Source: Gekko japonicus
Lineage: Eukaryota
NCBI RefSeq assembly: GCF_001447785.1
Contig: NW_015169173.1
Span: forward strand, 613,696-677,695
Direction of reading: 5' to 3'
DNA: 64,000 nucleotides
Under the pieces are notes generated by a model that was not told the origin of the DNA, searched no databases, and worked only from the letters and a program-made list of their open reading frames with translations. The translations under genes were made by a program, and so were the position numbers. Below are positions 1 through 11,974 of the stretch, piece after piece; positions within the stretch are counted from its first letter, which is position 1; every line of letters begins with the position of its first letter.

Positions 1-561
1 TGGGAGCGCCCCGCTCCCGGCCAATTTCGATTTGGCAACCCTACCTGGGATTACAACTATTTTCTAGGTGACAGAAATCAGTTCATGTGGAGAAAATGCT
101 CCCTTTGGAAGGTAGATGCTATGGCACTATACCCCACTGAAGTCCCTCTGAAGTCCACTGAAGTCCCTCTTAGGGCTGCCAAGTGGGGGCAGGGGGTGGG
201 GAAACCCCCGCTTTGGAATCNNNNNNNNNNNNNNNNNNNNNNNNNNNNNNNNNNNNNNNNNNNNNNNNNNNNNNNNNNNNNNNNNNNNNNNNNNNNNNNN
301 NNNNNNNNNNNNNNNNNNNNNNNNNNNNNNNNNNACGATCTGGGCCACGTCCCCAATGTGAGCGACGTAGCACGTCACTTCCTGTGATGTGCTGGTGGCG
401 TGTGCACGCTTTGCGCGCGCACAAATCCTGAGAGAGCTCCCGGAGCCCGGCAAGGCTCCCCCGCTGGCAAGGGTAAGTACACTTGGCAATCCTAATCCCT
501 CTCCTGCCTAAGCCCCATCCTCCTCAGGCTCCATCCTCCAAAGATCCAGGTATTTCCCAAC

Positions 562-700
562 CAATGCTCCCTCTAAGCCGTGGAGTCTTGTGAGCAAAAA
601 TTCTACTTAGTGAGCTGTTGGCATTAAATTTTTGAACCAGCAATTTGGCTACTGCATAAATTAGTTTGCTCTGGAGCCATCCTTCCTGAGGGAAGACCAA
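562..700. mobile_element. Partial hAT-type MITE (CAGTGTTCCCTCTAAGCTG family)
   Basis: Starts CAATGCTCCCTCTAAGCCGTGGAGTCTTGTGAGCAAAA, matching fuller copies at 2939, 35273, 35854 and 55481. Confidence 0.65.
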
Positions 701-1784
701 AATGTTATTATTATGAGTTATGTTATTATTATGAGTTATTATTAGGGTTGCCAGCTTGGGTTTGGGAACAGTGTTCCCGCTAAGCTGAGTCAGTGTGAGC
801 CGCGCTAGCCCACTCTGGCTGCCAACCTCGTGCAAGCCCCGACGCCTTCTTCCAGCCGCGCTCGCCAAGCCCGCCGCTGGAGACCGCCCGCTCGCAAGTC
901 TCGCCATTTTTTTTTCCAGCTCGCCGGCCGTGCTCGCAAGGCCCCGCTGCCGGAGATCAAGGCCCGCCGCCCTCTTCCGGCTCGCCAGCCGCGCTCTGCC
1001 TCAGGGCCGCTTCATTGTTTTTAGTCCTCCATGTAACCCTTCCTATCCTTTAGTAAATTTTCTTTTAGCTAATTTACACATGTATGCTGGGTTATTGTTT
1101 TTATGTGCCAACAATATAGGCAAATGTGGTGGTTGGCATGTCTCCAACTTCCCTTGTCTCTGGAGGGCAAAATCCTCTTTGAAAAGATCAAACAGCCAGA
1201 CCTTGGGCCTACACCCAGAAGAGCATGTGAACTCCCAGGAAATGTGCTACAGTAAAGGAATATTCACTAGCTATCCATGCAAATCAGCTCACCCTTCACA
1301 CTGATAAATTCCTCCATTTCTTTATGCTCTGCAGCTATATCATTTTTACAGGGATGACAAATATTTATCTAACCCTTATACCTCTTTCAGCCAGCATTTT
1401 ATATGCAGCAAAAAGCAGGGGTTAATGTTTATATATATACACACCACAAAGAATCCCTGATTTCTATATAATACACAAGGAAGAAGAGGCAAGTTTTGTT
1501 CTGGCATTTGCCAGCCATACTGAATCTAAGGTGCCTCTACAAATGGAAGAGAAAGTTTTGCAACTTTGAGGGGCCAAGCTGTGAATTCTGGTACAGCTCC
1601 ATGATGGAATCATTTGATACGTAGTTAGGGCTGTCAATTGGCCAGGAGAAAAATGTCCCGTCCCTTTGACAGAGGCTTAACATGTGGAAATGGGAAGTCA
1701 AAGCTTTCCATAATATGAAGGGTTTTTTTATAAAGCACCCATTATTTGCTGCAGATCAAACTGATATTAAAGCAGAGGTCCATC

Positions 1785-2020
1785 AGTGGCTATTAGCCAC
1801 AAGGTATAGATAGGAACTCTCAGTCTGGGGCAAGTGATGCACTGTATTCTTGGTGCTTGGGGGGGGCAACAGTGGGAGGGCTTCTAGTGTCCTGGCCCCA
1901 CTGCTGGACCTCCTGATGGCACCTGGTATTTTTGACCACTGTGTGGCAAAGTGTTGGACTGGATGGGCCATTGGCCTGATCCAACATTGTCTTATCTTAT
2001 GCTGTTATGTTCTTATGTTA
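1785..2020 (+). mobile_element. CR1-type LINE 3' end
   Basis: GGACTGGATGGGCCATTGGCCTGATCCAAC followed by a TTATG-type tail; recognised as a reptile CR1 3' end. Confidence 0.55.
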
Positions 2021-2938
2021 AAGGAATAGCTAGAGAGACCAGTTCAAAAGTTAGCAAACCTATGATGTAGCTTAGCAGTGCTATATGTGTAGAGAGTGAT
2101 TTTTGGATCAGGGCCAGAATGGTGAGGAAGAGGAGTTCTTTGGGTTACCAGGTCACAGTGCGGCAGTGGCAGTGGAAGCCACAGCTGACGGTGTTCCACT
2201 CTCGAAATAGTCAGTGTGCTCTTGTGGTTGATCTAAATTGTGAATGTGCCTTTCCGCAATCCATGGAGTGAGTCCCCCTGCTGTAGACATAATATCCCTC
2301 TAACGCAAACAGCCACATTTGCCCATCAGTTTCAAACTCCAGAATCACAAGAGAAGACATTGTAGGGAAACGTCCTTCTGGTTGAATCAATGAGTTCTCC
2401 CAAAGAACATTTTGTGAGTGCAGGAATCCCTTTCCCAATCTCCTGTCACTCATATCAAACTAAATCTTTTCAAAGTAATGCTAGAAATCTAGCTGTCCCC
2501 CTCTCTATTCGTAGCAGTTCTTTGTTTAATTTCCTCCTCCCATGATTTTGCTTTGTCAATAGACATCATCGACCTGAATAAGAAGTCTCAACACTTAACT
2601 TTACAGTGACATAAACATGAAATTGCGGAACAGTCCCCCTGCCTTGTGTATTTGAGCCACATACAACTTTTCTTCAACATTACACCCCCTATTCTTTCTG
2701 GTGGCTTCTCTGATGCACCCATTTCCCCCACATCCTCTCCACACAAAGGCTCACTTGCCAGCACGATCAAGTAGCATGAAATGGTTGGGCTACTTGATGC
2801 CTCTGACAGGAAAGGGACCCCAACACATGTTCATCTGACCTGGCTGCAAAAACTAACAGGCAAGGGACTGCTTCTCCTTGAAAGCTTTTCTCCATCTTAG
2901 TTTCCAAACTGGAGCACTTTGTTTAAAAGCATCTACAC

Positions 2939-3143
2939 CAATGTTCCGTCTACGATGTGGAGTCTTGTGAGCAAAAATTCTACCTTGTGAACTACGGGCA
3001 TTAAAATTGTGAGCAAGCGATTTGCCTACTGCATAAGTCAGTTTGCTCTGGAGCCATCCTTCCTGAACTAAGACAAAAAAGTGTGAGCCGGAGGCTAAAA
3101 ACTGTGAGCTAGCTCAGACTAACTCAGCTTAGAGGGAACACTG
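2939..3143. mobile_element. hAT-type MITE (~205 bp)
   Basis: Degenerate TIR CAATGTTCCGTCTACG ... CAGCTTAGAGGGAACACTG; same family as 35273-35478. Confidence 0.7.
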
Positions 3144-3754
3144 ACACAATACTGTGCTGTAATTGCCAGGCGTCCTGCTTTCCTATTTCCCTGGTGCACT
3201 CNNNNNNNNNNNNNNNNNNNNNNNNNNNNNNNNNNAATGAAGTCAAGCTTCCCAAATCCAAGTACCATAAATAGCAAATTGTTTGCTTATTGTGCACATC
3301 AGGCATTTTAATTATTTTGTCATCTATCAGTTGCTTTGCATTTTCCTCTTCTTAATTACCCCCCCCCCCAAGAAAGAAAACATACCTTTCCCCGACCCTT
3401 TGTTCAGACCAGGATTTGTCTCAGGCTCTCTTCTGAAACAACATCAAACCTTGTCTTGAAGACAGAATGATGGAGCTATGTGCTGTGTCCTCAGGTCTCT
3501 GGAGTTGCTGCTCCCATGATATGTCCCTCTGCACTTAACATGCAGCTGAAGATCCTGGGGTAGAAGGTTCTCCTGGAATAAACAACGGTCAAAGTGTACA
3601 AGGGCAGAACCCCTGAAGAGGACAGCAAACTTTCTCCTTCCTGTTCATCACATAGTTATAAGCTCAACTATGTATCTAGTTGTGTAAACTCCCCACCCCA
3701 TACTTTGTTCTACGTAATTGACCTTGGCTTACAGAGCAGTTCCGTATGAACAAC

Positions 3755-4042
3755 AACAAGAAGAAGAGATTGGATTTATTCCCCGCCCTTCACTACCGAA
3801 AAGTGTCTCAGAGCGGCTTACAAACTTCTTTCCCTCCCCATCCCCACAACAGACACCCAGTGAGGTAGGTGGGGCTGAGAGAGCTCTTGACAGAAACTGC
3901 TCTTTTTCAAGAGCAGCTCTTATCAGAACTACGGCTTGCCCAAGGTCATCCAGCCAGGTGCAAGTGGAGGACTGTGGGGAATCAGACCCGGTTCTCCCAG
4001 ATTAGAATCCGCGCACTTAAGCAATACACCAAACTGGCTCTC
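3755..4042 (-). mobile_element. tRNA-derived SINE (Squam3-like)
   Basis: Minus-strand head GAGAGCCAGTTTGGTGTA..., B-box-like GGTCTGATTCC; similar copies at 44020, 45415 and 62350. Confidence 0.7.
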
Positions 4043-4134
4043 TACAAAAGGTAATCCTTCCAGTAGGTTCTTCTTGTTTGCTTTTATTCCTCAAGTATTG
4101 AGCTCTTAACAAACACAAAACATACGAAAACCTC

Positions 4135-4600
4135 TTAGCTGACCACAGTAGACATGGAGACCCTTTTGTCCAAGGACTGTCCTGGAAGCTGTGCTTGCTG
4201 AGCAGCCTGGCAATGAAACGTAAAAGCAACATTCCTTGCAATGTGAACGTCATCTCCATAGACCTGGAGAGCTTTGTGTACAGATTGATGGACCACTTTC
4301 CTCGAATCAACAATCATTTTCAGGGGGTTAAAACTGATTTTCTGACCAGGATCCCAGAAGACATGTTGCACCAAGAGGACATGCTGAAGGGATTGTTGGG
4401 AGTGAATATGGTTTTAGGGAAAATGTGGCTCTCAGAGGAGAAAACGCCATCTTTTGGATATTGCTCCTGGAGGTTCTGCAGCATGGTTTTCCAGTCAGGA
4501 TATTTAATGGGCAGGATAATTCCATCAATGTAATTCAGCAGCAGATATTTACTCTTGGGCTGTGTGTATGTCCTTAGTCTCTATAAAGTTCAACAGCTCC
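4135..4600 (-). pseudogene. GT92/DUF23 galactosyltransferase pseudogene fragment (C-terminal third)
   Basis: Minus strand gives KYLLLNYIDGIILPIKYPDWKTMLQNLQEQYP...ESHIFPK, then after a frameshift QHVFW...KMIVDSRKVVHQSVHKALQVYG...FHCQA; homologous to the ORFs at 9702 and 48367; deletions and no recognisable 5' part. Confidence 0.85.
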
Positions 4601-5151
4601 CAACTGGTTCTTCTCTGCAACCAAGACACTAACATTTCATACATGTACCAAACAGGAACATTAAAAATACAAAGCATTCTGCCTTCTGAAAGTAGTAAAG
4701 TGAGATTATGTATGAGCAGGAAGGACATATTAGCATTTTCTGAAACTTCCATCTCTTGTTTCCAGACATACATATATTTCCCACCCCCGCAATAGCATCA
4801 AACCTTCAATTCTACTTCCAAGTGTTTACCTATTCACTACATGCAACTCTTATCTTTATGAGATGGGGTAACATTAAGACTAGAATAGGGACTGAATCTG
4901 CAGCACCTGTCACTTTAGAAATGAAAGGTATGATCACAAAAGCAGTTTAGATTAATAATTACCTTCGTGTGCACAGAAGCTTATAACCCAGATAAATATT
5001 GTACTAAATTTTATCTGCCTATATCCCACACCTAAAATCAATTTTTAGGAGTGCCAGTTTTGAACTTGAAAGGGAGGCGGAGCCTGAACCTCTCACAGGC
5101 TGGGAGAACTATAAGATTTCCCAGTGTGGGGGTGTGATTTGCACACAAATG

Positions 5152-5540
5152 CACATGAAGCTGCCTTATGCCGCATCAGACCCTTGGTCCGTCAAAGTCA
5201 GTATTGTCTACTCAGGCCCCGGTCACATGGGCCAGATATCGCGGGGGGGGGGGGAGGCGGTGACTGTTTGCCCAAGAGCGAACTACTGCGCGGCAGCTGG
5301 ATCAAATGTCCCGCCCGATGTCCCGTGGTTGGGGGGAGGTGCTGATCATACCTCACTCCTGCGGCGTGGCAAAGAAGCAGCGCTGTGGGGGTTGTGTTGG
5401 GTTTTTTAACCCAAGTGTTTGCATGCACAGAGGTATTTCACATCAACCTACTACCAGATCTTTTCACTGGAGATACCGGGGATTGAACCTGGGACCTTCT
5501 GCATGCCCAGCAGATGCTCTACCACTGAGCCATGACTCCT
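5152..5540 (-). mobile_element. tRNA-derived SINE interrupted by a Harbinger-like MITE fragment (~5215-5400)
   Basis: tRNA-like head (revcomp TGGCTCAGTGGTAGAGCATCTG...GGTTCAATCCC) at 5475-5535; GGCCCCGGTCACATGG TIR at 5215. Confidence 0.55.
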
Positions 5541-6159
5541 CCTAAGGGTAATTTGTTTTTCTTGCGAAGAGATTTCTCTGAGATCAGAGTAGTGGCCCTG
5601 CTATGGTTCCAACAGTTCCAAGTTTGTTGCTTGAAATATAAATGCAGCTGCCTGGTGGATGTACTACATTTCATACATACAATGAAGTGAGCTCTGACTA
5701 ACAACTGACTAACAAAAATTTATGAGGGAATAAATTTTGTTAGTCTTTAAGGAACCGGTGCACCCCTACTTAAGGCTCTTACCTGACTGACTACACATGC
5801 TAAGTCACTCAGAATTAAACTTTGTTGGTCTTAAAGGTGCTACTGGGCTACCTACTGCTTCAGACCAACAGGGCTGCCCATCTTTAAAAGGTTTACGGTG
5901 ATGTGTTAAACTAGGGTTACCAGTTCCTGGAGATTAGGGGGCCGTGCCTGGGGGAAAGCAGAGTTTGGGGAAGGGAGGGAGCTCAGCTAGGACGTGATGC
6001 CCATAGAGTCCACACCCTCTGAAGCTGTCCTGCCCTCCAGCAGAAATGATTGCTGTGGACTGGAGATCAGCTGTAGGTCTGGGGAAGTTACAAGCCCACC
6101 CTTGAAGTTGGTAACCCTCTCCTAAAACCATGCAGTTCAATGGACTTAGAAAGGTGTAA

Positions 6160-6512
6160 AGGTAAAGGTAAAGGTTTCCCTTGCTCGAAAGCCAGTCGAG
6201 TCCGACTCTAGGGTTGCGGTGCTCATCTCCGTTTCCAAGCCGAAGAGCCAGCGCTGTCCGAAGACGTTTCCGTGGTCATGTGGCCGGCATGACTAAACAC
6301 CAAGGCGCACGGAACGCTGTTACCTTCCCACCAAAGTGGTACCTATTTATCTACTTGCAATTTCTTGCTTTCGAACTGCTAGGTTGGCAGGAGCTGGAGC
6401 TAGAGACGGGAGCTCACTCCGTCATGCGGCACACTCGGGTCTCGAACTGCTGAACTACTGATCTTCCACAGCCTGCAGTTCAGCGTCTTAACCACTTGAG
6501 CCACCGCAGCTC
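6160..6512 (-). mobile_element. Sauria SINE, near full length
   Basis: (ACCTTT)n tail on minus strand, GTGGTACCTATTTATCTACTTGCA core, tRNA-like head, 15-bp TSD CTTAGAAAGGTGTAA at 6145 and 6513. Confidence 0.9.
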
Positions 6513-6542
6513 CTTAGAAAGGTGTAACTGTGTGTAAAAAAA

Positions 6543-6740
6543 ACAAAGTTAGAGTCCAGTGGCACCTTCAAGACCAACAAGGTTTTCTTCAAGGTATGAG
6601 CTTTCATGGGCACACACACTTCCTCAGACACAGTGCATAGGGAAGCTCATACCTTGAAGAAACCTTTGTTGGTCTTAAAGGTGCCACAGGACTCCAGCTT
6701 TGTTCTATTGCTTCAGACCAACACGGCTGCCCACCTGGAT
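6543..6740. mobile_element. Palindromic Penelope-like terminal remnant
   Basis: Inverted arms GGCACCTTCAAGACCAACAAGG / TTGTTGGTCTTAAAGGTGCC, resembling reptile PLE ends. Confidence 0.5.
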
Positions 6741-6892
6741 CCATCTGTGTGTAAAAAAATTATTCCTTATGAGTGACAGGCTAGACAAGAGAAAAACACC
6801 AAAATGCTGGGGAATTAGTCGGTGCACCCCAGGGTAACTAGCCACCACCAGTCCCTTTAACTAACTCTCCAGCTAATAGACCAAGGGACAGA

Positions 6893-7227
6893 GGCCCATT
6901 CTGCATCTAGCATTCGCTCCGTTGTTTTACCAAACCCGCGCTGGTACAGAAATTCCCCTCCACATTGCATGCCACTTTCACTTTGCTTGATTGTCGGATT
7001 TTATGACAGCGTCCAGACTGCATGCCCACTTTCACTTCATTCGATCTCTTGGTTTGATGGTAGCCGTCTGCATAGATTTATGTTTGTTTTATGGCCGTTC
7101 AGGGGTGACCCTGCAGTCAGTAAGGCGTAGGCCTGGGGTATTTGAATGTGGTTTTGAGCTGCATCTTTTTCTGTTCCAAAGTGGGTTTGGTAAAACAGCG
7201 GAGTGAATGCTAGATGCAGACTGGGCC
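6893..7227. mobile_element. PIF/Harbinger-type MITE
   Basis: ~45-bp TIRs GGCCCATTCTGCATCTAGCATTC... / ...GAATGCTAGATGCAGACTGGGCC; 3-bp TSD AGA. Confidence 0.8.
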
Positions 7228-7562
7228 AGAGTTCGGAGCCCTACCAGGTCTTCATCAAGAAGTCAGGCCGACAGGGTGGGACTCCATAAAACTCTGGTAG
7301 CCCAATGAAGGGCTAAAGTACTGGATTCAAATTGAAGCCTCAAAACCCAAGAACACCACAAAATATAATGAATAGGGTTTATTAAAGGAATGTGCAGATA
7401 TATACACTATAAGAGCAGTGAATAACAAGAAAAAAACAAGAAAGGCTAAATAGCTAACCTAAGGCACTTTTACAAGCATTGGTTCTCTAATCCAGCTATC
7501 CAGACTGAGTCCAGAAAGAGTTTCAAAGTGCAAAGTCCCAGGTGGGTGTTCTGGGCAGCAAG

Positions 7563-7783
7563 GCTAGGACTGACAACCTCCAGGTGGGGTCTGGAGATCT
7601 CCTGGAATGATAACTAATCTCCATACTGCAGAGATCAGTTCCCATGGAGAAAATGGCTATTTTGGAGGGTGGATTCTCTGGCATTATACCCTGCAAAGGT
7701 GCCTCCCCTCCCCAAACTCCACCGTCCTCAGGCTCTATCCCCCAAATGTCCAGGGGTGTCCCCATCTGGAGTTGGCAACCCTA
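7563..7783. mobile_element. TAGGGTTGCCA-TIR MITE (probably hAT, abundant family)
   Basis: Ends TGGCAACCCTA; related copies at ~5912-6120, 18894-19327, 38400-39231 and 40950-41262. Confidence 0.6.
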
Positions 7784-7939
7784 AGCAAGGCCCCAACATG
7801 GCTCAGAGTCAAGAGGTGACCCAAAGGCAGAGACAATCCAGACAAAGGACACAGACTAAAATGAAAGATCTTCCTTTATGCCACACTGTTGGCATGATTC
7901 TAGTTGACCAAATCAACTTCTGAGATCAGGTGGGTGAGC

Positions 7940-8095
7940 TGGATAGCCCAGGCTAGGCAGATCCCATCAGATCTCAGAAGCTAAGCAGGGTCGGCCTTGG
8001 CTAGTATTTGAAAGGGCAACTGCCAAGGAATACCAGGGCCGGGACACATAGGCAGGCAATAGAAAACCACCTCTGGAACATCTCTTGCCTTAAAA
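7940..8095 (+). mobile_element. 5S rRNA-derived SINE
   Basis: ATCAGATCTCAGAAGCTAAGCAGGGTCGGCCTTGGCTAGTATTTG...GGAATACC is a degenerate 5S internal control region followed by a non-5S body. Confidence 0.7.
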
Positions 8096-8113
8096 AACAC
8101 ACACACAAGTCTA

Positions 8114-8132
8114 GCTCGCCACCTAGTGGTGC
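8114..8132 (-). promoter_or_regulatory. Candidate CTCF site
   Basis: Minus strand reads GCACCACTAGGTGGCGAGC, close to the consensus CCASYAGRKGGCRS. Confidence 0.4.
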
Positions 8133-8169
8133 ATAACACCAAAGGAGCTAGAACTTCTGGCTGCCAGAA

Positions 8170-8945
8170 GAATTTATTTATTTATTTATTTATTTATTTG
8201 GGCTTCTAGCCCACCCTCCCCCATATAGCAGGCTCAGGGTGGGTTACAACAACAGTCTTAAAAGCATACCAAAAAATTTAAAATAGAATATAGCCATAAA
8301 ACAGTTACAATATTACAATATCTAAATATATATAAAAGGCTAGCTGTGTTCCCGACGACTCATCTTCTAGGCTAGGTGGACATCTTTGTGGCCGGGGATG
8401 ACCAGTAGATGTTGAGCAGAACCTTTTGTGTGGAAGAGCGCAAGGCCCTTCGAGGTCTAGAGACAGAGCAAGACAGTCCTGCAGATATGTTGAGCCCAGT
8501 CTGCATAGGGCTTTAAATGTAAGAACCAAGACCTTGACCTTGTTCCAGAATTAGGATCTCCTGGCTATTCTACACACAATGCCATAAAAGAATTAATTAT
8601 TAATTAGGTGGGTGACAACTTGGGAGAAGGCCTTCTTGGCCATGCCACCAAAGCTCTGGATCTCTCTTCCCCTTCTGTTGCCATATTCCGCCAGCTGGTG
8701 AAGACTTTTTTTGTTTTGTTTGGCATTCCCTCAATAACCTCTCCTTCCTAACCAATATCTTTATGTTTTGTATGTATTTTAACTCTGCTGTTTTTCACAC
8801 CGTTTTAATTATGTGTGTTTGGAGGACGGTTGATATTAATCCTTTCAAATTGTGATGTTAGGCATGTTTTAAATGGTTAGCTGCCTTGCAGGCCCTTGTA
8901 AGGGCGGAGAGGCGGGATACAAATTTTGTAAATAAATAAATAATG
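8170..8945. mobile_element. L2-type LINE 3' fragments in both orientations
   Basis: Minus-strand VLTFKAL..LG..YLQDCL peptide and (TAAA)n tails at 8172 and 8930. Confidence 0.55.
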
Positions 8946-9316
8946 CAGGTGATTTCCCCTAATATAGAAATGCAGCTTCAAATGTCTCCCAACATCACCC
9001 TTCAATACTGACCCCAAGACATTGTCTATACTATTAACTAACCAGCTACAAAACTCAAAGTAGATATATCAGACTTTTAATTGTACCCCACTCCAAGATT
9101 GCAGAAACAGAATAAACTTTTTGCTGGCATATCAAATCAAAACATATGCTGAAAATCATCACTGGATGGATCATTAAGCAATAATTTTCCGTCTTCTGAG
9201 TATACAGCTAAAAGAAAGAGATTCTTAGATTGTTAAAGGAGAGTAACTTTTAAATTATGTTGTTGGAATAACTTGAAAATTTGCAAAAAGGCCTGCAATA
9301 CTTTCCCTTACAATTA

Positions 9317-9322
9317 TTTATT
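9317..9322 (-). terminator. Candidate poly(A) signal of GT92 gene A
   Basis: AATAAA on the minus strand ~380 nt downstream of the stop codon. Confidence 0.45.
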
Positions 9323-9701
9323 TTAGAGGCCAGTTAAAAGCTTAACACTGCAATCCTATGCACAGCTACTCAAGTCTCAATCCCATGGATTTAACAGATA
9401 TGACTGGATATAAATTGAGAAAATACAAATGGAGCTACCAGTTGCTACATCTGGCCATGTCCATCACAGCCATAAGTTCTCTCATTGGCTAGAACAAGGG
9501 AGGTGGATCAAACTTTCTGTCAATCATTGTGATTACTTGCCTCATGGATTAGAACTAGGGAAGGGGGAACACTGTCAGTGGAACGCTCTCATTGAATGGC
9601 CACCTCCTTCCACTGCTCTTATCTCTACAGCACCACTTTGTTAAACTGTCCAGCGACATTCATGTCCATCAGTGAGATCTCTCTCAGCTGTATCCCCTAT
9701 C

Positions 9702-10991
9702 TTACAGTGCTATTTGATGGAGCACTTTGCTGACATTCCCAACCAAAGACACATTATATCTCCAGAGACGTATGTCCCTAATGAGGGATTCTCTTGGAAG
9801 CTGTGGTTGCTTAGTAGCCCGGCAATGAAACAAAAAGCCAACATTCATTGGAACAAAAACATTGCTTCCGTATGCTTGGAGAGCTTTATGTACAGATTGC
9901 TGGATGACTTTCCTCGGATCAATTATCATCTTCCGAGGGTTCTCAATGGGGTTCTTGTCAGGCTCCCTGAAGACATGTTGCAGTATGTTGGTGCCAGGTA
10001 TGTTTCTCCAAGAGGAAATGTTGAATGGGTCATCAGGAGTGAATACATGTTCAGGGAAAAGATGGCTCTCAAAGAAGAAAACAGCAGCCATTGGATATTG
10101 GGTCTTAAGGTTCTGCATCATGCTTTTCCAGTCTGGATATTTAATGGGCAGAATAATTTCATCAATGTCATTCAGCAGCACATATTTGCTCCTGTACATA
10201 TTGCGATAGACGCAGTCATTTAAGGCTGTGATTTGTCCATAGTAGCCAATGTCCTTGGGATCCATTGAGTGATGCCAGTGAGGAGAAACATTGAGGTATA
10301 ATTCAATGGGCCAGAGAATTATTTCAACAATCCCTTCTGCAACATAAAAGTCCAGCACTTTCTCCATCAGTGGGCTGCAGCTGTTCTTGTAGATCACCAC
10401 TCGGCCCACCCCGAGGATTTTATACATCTCCATGCTCTGCACAAACTGCAAGACATTGTTGTATTCCCCAAACATGGTGGAAATGCAGACTGTAAACTCC
10501 ACAAGGGAACCCCCAGGTTCACGATTTCTGATTTCAAATAGTGGTAATGGGTCTGTATTGTCCTTTGGAGACCACTGAATTGTCACATAATGTGGATCCC
10601 AGTGCTCTGGTTGTGGACAATGCAAGTGTGTGGCACCATAAGGGAATTCAAATCTCTCAGAAAGGACATGTATTTCAGCCTTGGAAATATGTGTTTCACC
10701 ATTGGATGGGTTGCAAAACCGGCAGTAAAGTTCCTTGACCTCTTTGTGATGGACTATAGCAATCACTCGTGTCGTTCTGTTCTTCCTGTTGTCCAAGTAT
10801 GGAGCAATGATAAAGGTTCTATTATCTCTTAAGGGTGTGATGGTGTCATTGACAACAATCCCACGGCAGAGGCTGTTCTTCACCACTGGCATGAAAGAGA
10901 ATTTTCCATTGTAGAAGTAGGAATAGGTTGTTATTGATATGAAGATGGCAATGCAAACAACGGCAATCAAATTTGGTTTTGTCCCAGACAT
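9702..10991 (-). CDS. GT92/DUF23 glycosyltransferase, beta-1,4-galactosyltransferase galt-1-like (gene A), 429 aa, single coding exon
   Basis: Intact ORF; N-terminal type II membrane anchor (LIAVVCIAIFISITTYSYF); FTVCISTMFG motif, GQITALNDCVYR and DxD-type LNDIDEII motif; splice acceptor TACAG at 11040-11044 just upstream of the ATG. Confidence 0.92.
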   Translation of the reverse strand: MSGTKPNLIAVVCIAIFISITTYSYFYNGKFSFMPVVKNSLCRGIVVNDTITPLRDNRTFIIAPYLDNRKNRTTRVIAIVHHKEVKELYCRFCNPSNGETHISKAEIHVLSERFEFPYGATHLHCPQPEHWDPHYVTIQWSPKDNTDPLPLFEIRNREPGGSLVEFTVCISTMFGEYNNVLQFVQSMEMYKILGVGRVVIYKNSCSPLMEKVLDFYVAEGIVEIILWPIELYLNVSPHWHHSMDPKDIGYYGQITALNDCVYRNMYRSKYVLLNDIDEIILPIKYPDWKSMMQNLKTQYPMAAVFFFESHLFPEHVFTPDDPFNISSWRNIPGTNILQHVFREPDKNPIENPRKMIIDPRKVIQQSVHKALQAYGSNVFVPMNVGFLFHCRATKQPQLPRESLIRDIRLWRYNVSLVGNVSKVLHQIAL

Positions 10992-11974
10992 TTCAGGCTT
11001 CTTTAAAACTGGCCAGTGAAAGGAGATCAGATGCCTGCTCTGTAGCTAGATACAAAACCACAACAGAGTCAAGGAAGAAGTACTGGTGTTACCTTCCCCA
11101 CTATACCTGTGTTAGACTCACTCTCCCCAAAAGCCTCGGAGGGACCCAGCAGCCAGAAAGGTAGTAAGACCAGGGTCCCACACCTCACGTTGGTCTCGCA
11201 CAGGCAGGCAACCTTGAGCCAGAAAAGACTTCATTTTTGAACCAGTCTAACAGACTCAGGAGCCAAATAGGAGTATCAAGAACAAGCTTTTACACAGGAT
11301 CCCATGACTGATACAATCAACAGAGATAGTCAGCCTCATCATCCTACTAATCTCTGATCCTATCTCTGCTGACCCTGGCACCACCTTGGTAAGCTGCACT
11401 GTCTCCTTCAAAGTAATTTTGAGGGTCTAGCACCCTTCCCAACTCAACATTGAGCCACTGACACGTAGAAACACAAATACTGAAGCCAAGCATCCTGCAC
11501 GTACCCAGCTTAATCTGGCTACTCGTTACACCCCAGACCAGCCCACCCCTGGCTCCCCAAAAACATATTTAAACTGGCACTCCATGCCTCAGCCTTTGTA
11601 CAGCTCTTGAGGCGCCCATAAGAGTGTATCCTCGGACTCTGTCTGAGCCTTTGACATGAACTGCTGGTCATGTCCTCCTTCTTCCACAAGGATTCCAGAC
11701 TTCAGGATCACATGAATACTGCCCTATCCTGGTTCTCAGGTTACAACTTTAAAGGAAAGCTTCTTTATTCAGTAATGCGATAAAAGAAGTAAAATTGTCA
11801 GGCAGAGATTCCATTGGCCGAATCTACATATGCATTTTAGAATCAGCTTGGTGCCGCTGTTATCCCATGTGGTTTAGAACTACTGCGCCTCTGCTTTCAA
11901 GTTAGCATTAGGGAAGTTGTTCACTTTGTCTTTTTTCAGTTATCTAATCACAATCTACTGTTCATCACTAGATG

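Noticed and set aside
5475-5535. tRNA gene
   Set aside because: Only A/B-box-like head of a SINE; no complete cloverleaf.
7940-8095. Functional 5S rRNA genes (also ~47110, 47915, 51480, 54400)
   Set aside because: Degenerate and truncated, and fused to a shared non-5S body; these are SINE heads.
9672-10223. Plus-strand ORFs antisense to the GT92 copies (also 26675-27190, 48472-48888, 4195-4533)
   Set aside because: Shadow frames of the real minus-strand coding sequence; no independent domain signal.
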